Of a DNA stretch of 64,000 nucleotides, positions 46,157 to 56,083 are shown piece by piece (position 1 is the first letter of the stretch; each line of letters begins with the position of its first letter). The DNA is taken from positions 28,126 through 92,125 of the forward strand of contig CAYZSW010000005.1 of NCBI GenBank assembly GCA_964481135.1. Reading direction: 5' to 3'. The translations under genes and the position numbers were made by a program. A model generated the notes under the pieces. That model was not told the origin of the DNA, ran no database searches, and worked only from the letters and a program-made list of their open reading frames with translations. This DNA comes from an uncultured Candidatus Saccharibacteria bacterium. GTDB taxonomy: Bacteria > Patescibacteriota > UBA1384 > JAMDBS01 > DAOVQR01.

Positions 46157-46333
46157 CTATTTTACATTAATTATTTTTTCGTTTTTATAAAAACCACAAT
46201 TTTCACAAATATAATGTGAGAGTTTTGTGCTATTACATTTAGGACAACTACTCAAATTCTTTTTTTTGAGCGCTAAATGAGATTTTTTATGTCCACTTCG
46301 ACTTCTTGATAATTTTTTCTTTGGTTCTGCCAT
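46157..46333 (-). CDS. rpmF: 50S ribosomal protein L32
   Basis: rev-comp [61 protein letters not shown]; not in ORF track (58 aa). Confidence 0.85.
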   Translation of the reverse strand: MAEPKKKLSRSRSGHKKSHLALKKKNLSSCPKCNSTKLSHYICENCGFYKNEKIINVK

Positions 46334-46370
46334 ATAATCCCTTTTTAATTAATAATTAATAACATAAACA

Positions 46371-48773
46371 TTATACCACAATAGAAATAATTTTTCCAGT
46401 TATATAAATTGTTTTTTTAATTTTATTATTTTTTAGATATTTTTTAACATTTTCTTGATTAAAAGCTAAATTTGTAATTTCTTTGTCTGATAATTTTTTG
46501 GCATTTTCTATTGCCAAAACAGCTCTTTTTTTACCATTTATCATAATTGGTATTTCTGAACAACTTTGCTTTATATTAGCTGTTATTTTAGGCCATTTTG
46601 ATACAAATATTGATTTTTTATTTTTCAATTTTTCCCATATTTCTTCGCTCAAATGAGGTGCAAAAGGGGACAGTATAATTAAAAAATTTTCAACTTGTTC
46701 TTTACTAAGTTTATGCTTATTTTTAATTATAAAATTTATAAAAATCATTAGTTGGCTTACAGCAGTATTAAAATTAAATGTCTGGATATCTTTTGATACT
46801 TTATTAATTGTAAATTGTAAATTATTATTTATATAATCATTGCTACTATCTTGTATGTTGTTTGATAAATAATTAAATATTTTATCTAAAAATCTTTTAA
46901 TTCCTTTAATTCCGTTCGTATTCCAAGCAACTGATTCTTCAAAAGGACCCATAAACATTTCGTATATTCTAAAAGCATCGGCACCGAATTGTTCTACGAC
47001 CACATCGGGATTAATAACATTACCCCATCTTTTACTCATTTTTCTTTCATCTTCTCCACGAATTAAACCAACATGCTGTAACCGATCAAATGGTTCTTTA
47101 GTGCTGACTAGTTTAATATCATACAAAAATTTATGCCAAAAACGAGCGTATAACAAATGACGAGTAGCGTGCTCCGCACCTCCTACATATAAATCCACTC
47201 CTTTTGGCTTCATCCAATACTCTTCTTTAATTTTATCAACAAGCTTTTGATTGTTTTTTGGATCTAAGTATCTTAAATAATACCAACAACTTCCAGCCCA
47301 TTGAGGCATTGTATTTGTTTCCCTTTTAGCTTTTCCTCCGCATTTAGGACATTTTGTATTAACCCAATTAATAATATCAGCAAGAGGTGATTCACCAGTA
47401 CCTGTAGGTTCATATTTTTTTACATTTGGTAATTTCAATGGTAAATCATTTTCGTTAAGTGGGACTACACCGCATTTTTCACAGTGAATAAGTGGAATTG
47501 GTTCACCCCAGTATCGTTGTCTGGAAAATATCCAATCACGCATCTTGTAATTAACTGTTTCTTTTCCTTTAACATAGTTTGTAGTTTCTTTACGCGCCTT
47601 TTCACTAGAAAGATTATTAAATTTTCCAGAATTAACTAATACACCTTCACCAATATATGGTAATTCATGTTTATTCTTTGATTTAATCACTTCAATAATT
47701 GGAATAGAATATTTTTTTGCAAATTCATAATCTCTTTCATCGTGAGCAGGAACCGCCATAATTGCACCTGTGCCGTAATTCGATAATACATAATCAGCCA
47801 CAAAAATTGGAATTTCTTTATTGTTTGCCGGATTGATTGCCCTAACACCTTTTATTTCAATACCTGTCTTTTTTTTAGCTAAATCTGTTCTTTCAAGATC
47901 TGATTTATTTTTAGCTTTTTGAATATATTTTTGCAATTCATCAAAATTTAAGATTTGAGATTTAAGTTTTAAAATAATATCATGCTCTGGTGCAATTACC
48001 ATGTATGTTGCTCCAAATAAAGTATCCGCTCGTGTAGTAAATACCTTAAGCTTTTGTATTGTGTTCGTAAGCTTAAAATCAATTTCAGATCCTTCTGACC
48101 TGCCGATCCAATTAATCTGCTGATCAATAATTGATTTTTCCCAATTAACTAATTTTAAATCATCGAGTAATCTTTGGGCATAATCTGTCATTTTTAAAAC
48201 CCATTGACGAATTGGTTTTTTTTCTACAGTTGAATTACATCTTTCACACTTACCATTTTCTAAATCTTCATTTGCAAGCCCTGTTTTACATTTAGGACAC
48301 CAATTAATTGGTTCCTTACTTTCATAGGCAAGACCATTTTTAAACATTTGAATAAAAATCCACTGCGTCCATTTATAATAATCTGGGTCAGAAGTAATAA
48401 TTTCTCGATCCCAATCATATGTAAAACCAAATTGTTTTAGTTGTTTTTTAAATCTTGCAATATTTTTTTCAACTGCTTTTTTTGGGTGCACTTTATTTTT
48501 GATAGCGTAATTTTCTGCAGGTAAACCAAAAGAATCAAAACCCATAGGGTGAATCACATTTTTATTGTTGAGCGTCATATACCTAGCAAAAACATCTGTT
48601 GCTACATAACCTTTTGGATGACCAACATGAAGTCCATCTCCTGAAGGATAGGGGAACATATCAAGAACATAAAACTTATCTTTTTTATTATCTTCCTTAA
48701 CTTTAAAAATATTGTTTTCTTCCCAATATTTTTGCCACTTTTTTTCAATTTTAGTAAAATCATACTTTTTCAT
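46371..48773 (-). CDS. leuS: leucine--tRNA ligase
   Basis: HIGH motif PYPSGDGLHVGHPKGY; KMSKS motif KMSKRWGN; CP1 editing domain. Confidence 0.93.
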   Translation of the reverse strand: MKKYDFTKIEKKWQKYWEENNIFKVKEDNKKDKFYVLDMFPYPSGDGLHVGHPKGYVATDVFARYMTLNNKNVIHPMGFDSFGLPAENYAIKNKVHPKKAVEKNIARFKKQLKQFGFTYDWDREIITSDPDYYKWTQWIFIQMFKNGLAYESKEPINWCPKCKTGLANEDLENGKCERCNSTVEKKPIRQWVLKMTDYAQRLLDDLKLVNWEKSIIDQQINWIGRSEGSEIDFKLTNTIQKLKVFTTRADTLFGATYMVIAPEHDIILKLKSQILNFDELQKYIQKAKNKSDLERTDLAKKKTGIEIKGVRAINPANNKEIPIFVADYVLSNYGTGAIMAVPAHDERDYEFAKKYSIPIIEVIKSKNKHELPYIGEGVLVNSGKFNNLSSEKARKETTNYVKGKETVNYKMRDWIFSRQRYWGEPIPLIHCEKCGVVPLNENDLPLKLPNVKKYEPTGTGESPLADIINWVNTKCPKCGGKAKRETNTMPQWAGSCWYYLRYLDPKNNQKLVDKIKEEYWMKPKGVDLYVGGAEHATRHLLYARFWHKFLYDIKLVSTKEPFDRLQHVGLIRGEDERKMSKRWGNVINPDVVVEQFGADAFRIYEMFMGPFEESVAWNTNGIKGIKRFLDKIFNYLSNNIQDSSNDYINNNLQFTINKVSKDIQTFNFNTAVSQLMIFINFIIKNKHKLSKEQVENFLIILSPFAPHLSEEIWEKLKNKKSIFVSKWPKITANIKQSCSEIPIMINGKKRAVLAIENAKKLSDKEITNLAFNQENVKKYLKNNKIKKTIYITGKIISIVV

Positions 48774-48848
48774 AATTTTATTTACCTACTAGATATAACA
48801 CTTATATGCGATTGGATGTCATTATGTAAAAATAATTATTATTTTTAT

Positions 48849-48923
48849 ATTTTTCTATTGGTGGACCAGATGGGAATCGAACCCACAACCTCCTCCATGC
48901 CATGGAGACGCGCTACCGTTGCG
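48849..48923 (-). tRNA. tRNA-Ala (anticodon GGC)
   Basis: rev-comp GGGCCAGTAGCGCAACGGTAGCGCGTCTCCATGGCATGGAGGAGGTTGTGGGTTCGATTCCCATCTGGTCCACCA; G3:U70 Ala identity pair; GGTTCGATTCC T-arm; encoded CCA. Confidence 0.85.
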
Positions 48924-49063
48924 CTACTGGCCCGTAACGGAGGACTTATATAAAATATTATAACAGTAATATAGCACTTTTGTAAAACTTGATTTTAATA
49001 CTATATCCTGCTAATTTGATAGACAAGGGAATTACATTAACAAATTAATAAGAGGTGACTTAG

Positions 49064-50209
49064 ATGAAAAAAGTTTCTTACCAAAAAGCAACAAAAAGAT
49101 CTCACAATGAAAGAGAATGTTCACACGACCAATCAGAATTCAAAAAAGATCAGTCAAGAATTCTATACTCAATCGCCTCTAGGATATCTGCTGGTAAAAC
49201 ACAAGTTTTACCTGTTAACGACTGCTGTTTTTTACCCAGAACAAGAATGCAACACATGCAAGAAGTTGCCGAAACTTCTTATAGAATAGCTAAAAAATTA
49301 GGACTACATAGTGATACTGCCAGAGCCATAGGACTTGGCCACGATCTTGGTCATACAATTGGTGGTCATGCAGGAGAATTTGCATTAAGTGAAATATATA
49401 AACAAAATAATTTTAGTCCTATAATATTTAGTCATGATAAACAACTCATCCATGTTGTAACGAATCTCGAAAAAATAAAAAAAGGTTTTTCAGGACTAAA
49501 TTTAACTCAATTCACATTAGATTCATTTAAAGCAAGATCAGATCGCGGTATTATTAAAATGATTAATAGTGGTCAGGAAAGATATAAAATTGACAGTCAG
49601 TTGTCTCACATTTTAGATACACTTGAGGGTCAATTGGTCGAAGTAGTTGATAAGATGGTATACATTGTCCACGATATAGAAGATGCAATAAGATTTAATT
49701 TGATAAAAATTAAAGATATTGCAAATCTACCATGTTTTTGCAGTAATTTATGGAAAAAGATTAATGAAAATATCAATGTAGCTAAATCTAAATCTGAAAC
49801 AAACTTAGTAATTTCTGAAATAAAACGACAATTATACTACTATTTTTTTAATTCAATTATTGAAAATTGCAAACATATCAATAATGAATTAGATCCGAAA
49901 TCATACTACTATGTATCAGAAAAGATAATCGCTTTTACTGACACTGTTAGCGATGATTTTATGAATCTGAAAAAATTTATGTACGAAAATATTTACCAAG
50001 GTAAATATTGCCTAGAACGAGATCAAATATTTAAGGACAAAATTCACTTTTTGTTTGATAGATTAATGTCAGATAAAAAATTACGCCAAAGAGTAAATAT
50101 TTGGCAATACCAGTGGCCCAAAGAAACACCTGATCATGCTCAGGTAACTGATTTAATTTGGTCATTAACAGAACATATGGCAGACCAAATTATTTTAAAA
50201 ATAAAATGA
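49064..50209 (+). CDS. HD-domain phosphohydrolase, dGTP triphosphohydrolase-like
   Basis: RMQHMQEVAETSYRIAKKLG...LGHDLGHTIGGHAGE H..HD motifs. Confidence 0.65.
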   Translation: MKKVSYQKATKRSHNERECSHDQSEFKKDQSRILYSIASRISAGKTQVLPVNDCCFLPRTRMQHMQEVAETSYRIAKKLGLHSDTARAIGLGHDLGHTIGGHAGEFALSEIYKQNNFSPIIFSHDKQLIHVVTNLEKIKKGFSGLNLTQFTLDSFKARSDRGIIKMINSGQERYKIDSQLSHILDTLEGQLVEVVDKMVYIVHDIEDAIRFNLIKIKDIANLPCFCSNLWKKINENINVAKSKSETNLVISEIKRQLYYYFFNSIIENCKHINNELDPKSYYYVSEKIIAFTDTVSDDFMNLKKFMYENIYQGKYCLERDQIFKDKIHFLFDRLMSDKKLRQRVNIWQYQWPKETPDHAQVTDLIWSLTEHMADQIILKIK

Positions 50210-50335
50210 AATTTTATAGCGAGTTTATTTATAAGCTCGCTTTTATTTTTTCCAAATATCTTTTTTAAACGCAACAAGAATAAACACAAAAACTATAATA
50301 AGTGCTATAAACAATTGCCATCTCATACAAATTCC

Positions 50336-51682
50336 TTATTTAATATAATTTGTAAAATTATTTTTGATATATTTTACTGCTTGATTTTTAGTTTTAATTT
50401 TATCTTCAAGTTGTGCCTCTTCGACTTTTTTAAGAATTTTGCCGATTTTAGGTCCACTTTTAAGATTAAATTGAGTCATTAAATCGTTTCCAGTCAACAA
50501 AAGCTTAAAATTTGGTTTGTTTTGTTCCTTTTCGTATTCAGATTTAATTTTTTCGTAAAGTATTACATTTTTGTTATACAAGTCAAATCTTCTAGGTTTG
50601 GTACCCATAATATCAGCTTTAAATAATTTAAGTAACCATGGAAATCTTGGATCAAGCATCATCTTTCTTTTGTTTAACTTATTCATTTTTAAAATACTAG
50701 CGATTTCCATATGATTTTTTACTAAATATACTATCATTTGTCTCTCGGTATTTGAAAATTTATAACGCCTTGTTACCTTTGAAGCTATTCCCGCAGAAAA
50801 CTTAACATGTTTATTAAACCTGATTCTATCAGACGCAGTTTGAGGATAAGATATAGTATCTGGTTTACCAGAATCATGTAATAGTACTGCCCAAACCAAA
50901 GCTAATGGTGATTTTTCAGGCAATGATTTTAGGGCTTCTAAGGTATGGATATATACATCACCTTCTTTATGAAATTGATCTGGTTGTCTAACACCTTTCA
51001 TTCTTTCAATTTCTGGCAAAATATATTTTAAAATATTTAATTGACTTAAATCGTCTAAGGCTTTTGCTCTATTTTTATGTGAAAAAATCTTATTTAGTTC
51101 CTGAGCAACTCTTTCTTTACTAACCTTTTCAATTCTGTACGCATTTTGCATAATTGCTTCGAAACTTCTTTTATCATATTTAAAATCATAAGCATTTTTA
51201 AATCTAACCGCCCTTAATATTCTTAAATAATCTTCTTTTATTCTGTCATTAGGGTTCCCAATAAAACGGATAGTTCGATTTTTTAAATCATCGAGCCCAT
51301 TAACATAATCAATCACTTGCTTGTTAACTGGATCATAAAACATTCCATTAATTGTAAAATCTCTGCGTTTTGCATCTTCTTTTGCATTAGACCAAAAAAC
51401 CTTATCAGGTCTTCTTGAATCAGAATATTTACCTTCACTACGAAAAGTGGCTATTTCGAAATTTTGATTATCGATTTTCACTAAAATTACACCAAAAGAT
51501 TTTCCAACAGATGATGTATTCTTAAGAATATTTTGAATTTGAGAAGGTGTGGCAGAAGTTACAACATCAAAATCGTGAGGCTCTTTATTAAGTAAAATAT
51601 CTCTTACACAACCTCCAGCCCAATAAGCCTCGAATCCTAATTTGCGAAGCTTAAGAACGATATTTAATGCATTGTTTTTCAT
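50336..51682 (-). CDS. cca: CCA-adding tRNA nucleotidyltransferase / poly(A) polymerase family with HD domain
   Basis: YWAGGCVRDILLNKEPHDFDVVT head motif; HD domain WAVLLHDSGKP. Confidence 0.82.
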   Translation of the reverse strand: MKNNALNIVLKLRKLGFEAYWAGGCVRDILLNKEPHDFDVVTSATPSQIQNILKNTSSVGKSFGVILVKIDNQNFEIATFRSEGKYSDSRRPDKVFWSNAKEDAKRRDFTINGMFYDPVNKQVIDYVNGLDDLKNRTIRFIGNPNDRIKEDYLRILRAVRFKNAYDFKYDKRSFEAIMQNAYRIEKVSKERVAQELNKIFSHKNRAKALDDLSQLNILKYILPEIERMKGVRQPDQFHKEGDVYIHTLEALKSLPEKSPLALVWAVLLHDSGKPDTISYPQTASDRIRFNKHVKFSAGIASKVTRRYKFSNTERQMIVYLVKNHMEIASILKMNKLNKRKMMLDPRFPWLLKLFKADIMGTKPRRFDLYNKNVILYEKIKSEYEKEQNKPNFKLLLTGNDLMTQFNLKSGPKIGKILKKVEEAQLEDKIKTKNQAVKYIKNNFTNYIK

Positions 51683-51688
51683 TATAAT

Positions 51689-52471
51689 TTATTTCTTTTT
51701 ATTAACCTTAATAGCAGCGTCCGGACAAATTTGTTCACATAAACCACAACCAGTACATTTCTTAATATCTACTTTTGGTATTGGTTTTGATAAGAAATTA
51801 TATTTTTCATTATCCCAACTCAGAGCATTAACAGGACACTTAATAAGACAAAAACCACAACTTTTACATACATCTGGGTATTTAATATGTGTTTTCTGAG
51901 AATCACTGTCAACTACCGGATTATACTTATCCGCTCGTATATTATCTATTGTTTTTTTATATAAAGATTCATCTAAATCATAACCCACCTCGAAAGCAAC
52001 TCTATTTTTTGTAATATCAGGCTTATCCGATAAAAAATTATTAATAGATTCTAAAATTTTTTCTTTTGATATTATATTTTCGCTTTTATTAAGCTCTTTG
52101 ATAATTATTCCTAACACTATCATATTGAATGACTGCTTTGGCAAATTTCTTTCTCTTGGTAAATTATTTAGTGTGATAGCGTTAATAACCAAAGTATTTT
52201 TATTAATGTATGTCTTAGGTATGTCTATATTTCTTTTTGTCATAATAACTAAAATATCTGCCTTTGAAAATTTTGGATAGGTAATTGGAGATTTAGAGAT
52301 AGTAATATAAGCCATAGATATACCCATTCTCATCTCAACTCCATAATGGGGCATAAAAGTAATGTGTAATTTTTGTTTATATAAAGCATTAGACAATATC
52401 TTTGCCATAAGCTGGATACCTTGTCCACCTTCACCACTTAATAATATTTTTATTTCTTTATCGGTTTGCAT
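51689..52471 (-). CDS. 2-oxoacid:ferredoxin oxidoreductase gamma subunit fused to delta (2x[4Fe-4S]) subunit
   Basis: N-term ILLSGEGGQGIQLMAKIL; C-term CKSCGFCLIKCP and CTGCGLCEQICP ferredoxin motifs. Confidence 0.78.
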   Translation of the reverse strand: MQTDKEIKILLSGEGGQGIQLMAKILSNALYKQKLHITFMPHYGVEMRMGISMAYITISKSPITYPKFSKADILVIMTKRNIDIPKTYINKNTLVINAITLNNLPRERNLPKQSFNMIVLGIIIKELNKSENIISKEKILESINNFLSDKPDITKNRVAFEVGYDLDESLYKKTIDNIRADKYNPVVDSDSQKTHIKYPDVCKSCGFCLIKCPVNALSWDNEKYNFLSKPIPKVDIKKCTGCGLCEQICPDAAIKVNKKK

Positions 52472-52473
52472 AA

Positions 52474-53211
52474 TTAGATTTCTCCTAAATTGCTAAAATA
52501 AGTTGCCATCTTGTCATCAAGCATGTCAAAACTTTTTTGAGCATCTGTTTTCCAGTTAGTAGGACAAGTAGATAACACTTCAACAAAAGAAAATGATTTA
52601 TTCTTTATCTGGTTAGTTATTGCTTTTTTTAAAACTTTTCTTAGTTCATAAGGTTTACTAATGATCGATCGAGCAATGTATGCGTTTTTGTTTTTTAAAC
52701 ATTTAATTAACTCTGGACCCATTACAGGATTTCCTTTTTCTAGAATATTTTTTCCTTTAGGTGTAGTCGTTGTTATTTCTTGACTTAAAGTTGTTGGCGC
52801 CATTTGACCACCGGTCATTGCATAAAGAGTATTGTTTACGACAATAACTAAGATTGCATCATTTCTATTCGCAGAAGTAAGTAAAGATTGTAATCCTATA
52901 GCATAAGCACCTCCGTCACCAACATAAGCAATACAAACTTTATCTTGTTTAATAAGCTTATAACCACTTACTACAGGAACCGTACGACCGTGATGTGTTT
53001 GGACAGTATCAACATCAAAAAAATCCCAGGCTAAAAGCGAACAACCAATATCTATACCGAATAAAATATCTTTTTGTATTTTCATTTCATCAATAGCAAA
53101 ACCTAATTCTTTAAGTACAATCGAATGCCCACATCCAGGACAAAATTTATTTGGCTTAGAGCTATTTTTAAAACATTTTGGATATGATTTTTTTTCGTTT
53201 GATAAAAACAT
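52474..53211 (-). CDS. 2-oxoacid:ferredoxin oxidoreductase beta (TPP-binding) subunit
   Basis: CPGCGH and YVGDGG TPP motifs. Confidence 0.8.
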   Translation of the reverse strand: MFLSNEKKSYPKCFKNSSKPNKFCPGCGHSIVLKELGFAIDEMKIQKDILFGIDIGCSLLAWDFFDVDTVQTHHGRTVPVVSGYKLIKQDKVCIAYVGDGGAYAIGLQSLLTSANRNDAILVIVVNNTLYAMTGGQMAPTTLSQEITTTTPKGKNILEKGNPVMGPELIKCLKNKNAYIARSIISKPYELRKVLKKAITNQIKNKSFSFVEVLSTCPTNWKTDAQKSFDMLDDKMATYFSNLGEI

Positions 53212-53220
53212 ATTTATTCC

Positions 53221-54261
53221 TTATTTAAATAAAGCAATAATTTCTTCTGCTGAAATTGGCAATACCGGTTTCTGATAAATTTCAATTTTTGCCAAACCAT
53301 ACAAACGATTTTTTACTATTCTTTCTAGGTGACCAAAAGAAGATTCAACAATAATAATTTTTCTTGCTTTTGCAGCATAATGAGATAATTTCTGATGATC
53401 AAAAGGCCTTAAAGTAATTGGTCTAAATAACCCAACCTTAACATTTTTATCTCTTAAAATTTTTACTGCTTTTTTACAAGCTTGTGAAACTATACCATGA
53501 GCTACTATAATTACATCTGCATCGTTACACATTATTGATTCTGATTCTTTGATTTGATCTGCAAACTTCTTCCAGTCATCAATATTTTTTGACAAGTTTT
53601 CATTAAGCTCATTTTCATAATTGAAACAATTGCGCAAATTTTTTGGATTAATAGTTTCACCAATTAAACATTTAGATTTGATATTAATTTTGGGAGCATG
53701 TAAAACAACTTTACTTTGCATTTTTGAAACATATCCATCTCCCAAGACAAAGCTTGGAAATTTAGTATACCAAGCAGCGTTAAAAGCTTGCATTGTATAA
53801 GAATATGCTTCCTGAGGACTTGAAATTGAATAAACATTCCTCAATCCTTCGCCATTGCCTCCGTAACAAGCCATAGTAACTTCTTGTTGACCATATATCA
53901 CTGTACCAGTAGAAGGACCTCCTCGCTGCATAATTACACCCATAAAAGGAATTCTCATAGCTTCTGCCATAGCAATAGCATCTTGCATAAGAATATGTCC
54001 AGGGCCTGCAGTAGCAGTAAATGCTTTAGATCCTGCTAAAATTGCACCTATTAAATTAAAACCAGCAGAAATTTCATCTTCTGATTGAATAAATTTAAAT
54101 CTTTCTGGATCATTATCATGCAATTTTGCCCATTCTTGCATAATCTCTGTTGTTGGGGTTATTGGATAACCACAATAGCAATTTGCTCCAATTCTTAAGG
54201 CACCCTCAATAACCGCTTGATTTCCAGTTATAAATTTTTCTTTATTTAAAATAAACATCAT
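53221..54261 (-). CDS. 2-oxoacid:ferredoxin oxidoreductase alpha subunit
   Basis: GNQAVIEGALRIGANCYCGYPITPTTEI N-terminus. Confidence 0.78.
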   Translation of the reverse strand: MMFILNKEKFITGNQAVIEGALRIGANCYCGYPITPTTEIMQEWAKLHDNDPERFKFIQSEDEISAGFNLIGAILAGSKAFTATAGPGHILMQDAIAMAEAMRIPFMGVIMQRGGPSTGTVIYGQQEVTMACYGGNGEGLRNVYSISSPQEAYSYTMQAFNAAWYTKFPSFVLGDGYVSKMQSKVVLHAPKINIKSKCLIGETINPKNLRNCFNYENELNENLSKNIDDWKKFADQIKESESIMCNDADVIIVAHGIVSQACKKAVKILRDKNVKVGLFRPITLRPFDHQKLSHYAAKARKIIIVESSFGHLERIVKNRLYGLAKIEIYQKPVLPISAEEIIALFK

Positions 54262-54291
54262 TGACCTTAATTTAATAATATTTTATTTAAT

Positions 54292-55446
54292 TCATTTTTG
54301 CAAATAAGGGATAATTTCTTTAGCAATTTGCATTTCCTCATCCGTAGGTATAACTAAAATTTTTGATTGAGAAAAAATATGTTCTAAACCCAAAGTAATT
54401 GATTTTCTAATTAAATTTGATCCTACACCAATATTACCAGTAAAAGTTAAAACATCTGTACCGCCCAAAATTGCATTATACGCACCTAAATATTTTTTGA
54501 TTCTATATATAAACATTTCTAGTGCGAGTTGTGCTTTTTTACGATAAATTTGTGGTAAATTTTCTATTCTGGAAGATGGTCTATAATTATTATCTTCTAC
54601 CTTGTATCCGGCTAAATACAATAAATCTTTCATATCGGATGTTACTTCTGAAATACCAAGTAAACCAGATTGATTCTGTAATACATCATTTATTTCATCG
54701 ATATTAAACTTACCTTGTTTTATTAAATAAATTATTATTCCTGGGTCTATATCTCCTGAACGAGTCCCCATCATTAATCCTTCTAGCGGAGTAAAACCCA
54801 TTGAAGTATCAATAGCAACCGAATCCTTTATTGCTGTAATTGAACATCCTGCACCTAAATGCACGGAAATTAAAGTTTTAAACTTACCTTTAAAACTATT
54901 TTTTGCATATTCTAAAGAATTTTTGTGAGACAAACCATGAAAACCAAATTTTTGAATATTTTCATTTTGAAAAAGATAATATGGAATCGGATAAATGCTC
55001 GCATAATTTGGCATATCTGAATAAAAAGAAGTGTCAAAAACAGCATAATTTGGAATTACTCGATGACCTTTAACACCGCAATTTTCAAAAACCTCTTCCA
55101 TAACCTCGATAATCGCAGGATTATGAAGTGGTGCTAAATCGCTAACTTTTTTAATATTTTTTATAAATCTATCATCAACTATCTGAGTATTTCTATACAA
55201 ATTTCCTCCATGCACAACCCTATGACCTATTGCCGCTAAATCTGTAATCTTATGTAAAAATCCAGTACTTCTTCCAAATCCTTCAAATAAAATTCCTAGG
55301 GCTTCTTTATAATTTTTAGGCCCTTCGTCTGTTTTAATCTTATCAACTTCTCCTTTTTTTTCTAATAAAATATTTTTATTATCATATGCAAATAATTTAA
55401 ATTTTAAACTTGAGCTACCAGTATTAAATACTAAAATTTTTTTCAT
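54292..55446 (-). CDS. ackA: acetate kinase
   Basis: KILVFNTGSSSLKFKLF; VHLGAGCSITAI acetate/propionate kinase motifs. Confidence 0.82.
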   Translation of the reverse strand: MKKILVFNTGSSSLKFKLFAYDNKNILLEKKGEVDKIKTDEGPKNYKEALGILFEGFGRSTGFLHKITDLAAIGHRVVHGGNLYRNTQIVDDRFIKNIKKVSDLAPLHNPAIIEVMEEVFENCGVKGHRVIPNYAVFDTSFYSDMPNYASIYPIPYYLFQNENIQKFGFHGLSHKNSLEYAKNSFKGKFKTLISVHLGAGCSITAIKDSVAIDTSMGFTPLEGLMMGTRSGDIDPGIIIYLIKQGKFNIDEINDVLQNQSGLLGISEVTSDMKDLLYLAGYKVEDNNYRPSSRIENLPQIYRKKAQLALEMFIYRIKKYLGAYNAILGGTDVLTFTGNIGVGSNLIRKSITLGLEHIFSQSKILVIPTDEEMQIAKEIIPYLQK

Positions 55447-55453
55447 ATTTTTC

Positions 55454-56023
55454 CTAAATTATTTGCCCAAAACAATTTTTACTAATTGCCGCCGCATTAG
55501 CTTCATCTGTATCAATTTGAAAAGATAATTGAGTTTTTGATTGTCCTATCCTAACAACAACATCTTCAAAAATTATACTTCTTTTTGTCGCAACTTTGAT
55601 TTTTATTTTTTGTAAATTTATTAAATTATATTTTTTTGCATCTTCCGGAGAAATGTGTAAATGCCTTTTAGCAATTATGATTCTAGAACTTAATGTGATT
55701 TCTTTTTTTTCTCCTTTAATTTTTAATACATCGTTTGCTTTACAATCTGTACCAGAAATTACAATAGGTGGAACTTTTATTCCTAAATTATAAGCATCAG
55801 TAATAGAAAGTTCTAATTGCGTATACTCTCTAAAAGGACCAATAATTCTAACATTTTTTATTAAACTTTTTGGACCAACAACATCAACTGTATGACTCGA
55901 AGCAAATTCTCCTATTTGAGATAAATATTTCATTTTTGACAAAGTTTTTTTTCCAAATAATTCTTGAAAATCCGATTCTTTTAGATGCATATGTCTTGCT
56001 GACACTTCGATTGGAATTTGCAT
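55454..56023 (-). CDS. pduL: PduL/EutD-type phosphate acyltransferase (phosphotransacetylase function)
   Basis: two RHxH repeats: IEVSARHMHLKESDFQELFG and AKRHLHISPEDAKKY. Confidence 0.72.
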   Translation of the reverse strand: MQIPIEVSARHMHLKESDFQELFGKKTLSKMKYLSQIGEFASSHTVDVVGPKSLIKNVRIIGPFREYTQLELSITDAYNLGIKVPPIVISGTDCKANDVLKIKGEKKEITLSSRIIIAKRHLHISPEDAKKYNLINLQKIKIKVATKRSIIFEDVVVRIGQSKTQLSFQIDTDEANAAAISKNCFGQII

Positions 56024-56083
56024 AAATAATCCTTTTAATATCTTTATTAAAAATTATAAATACTGCAAAATTATTATTTTATT

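Noticed and set aside
48732-48953. 73-aa plus-strand ORF from the six-frame track
   Set aside because: It overlaps the minus-strand tRNA-Ala gene and the leuS start region. The translation is low-complexity and has no SD, so it is spurious.
49107-49289. 60-aa alternate-frame ORF inside the dgt-like gene
   Set aside because: It is a same-strand overlapping frame within a well-supported HD-domain gene and has no independent signal.
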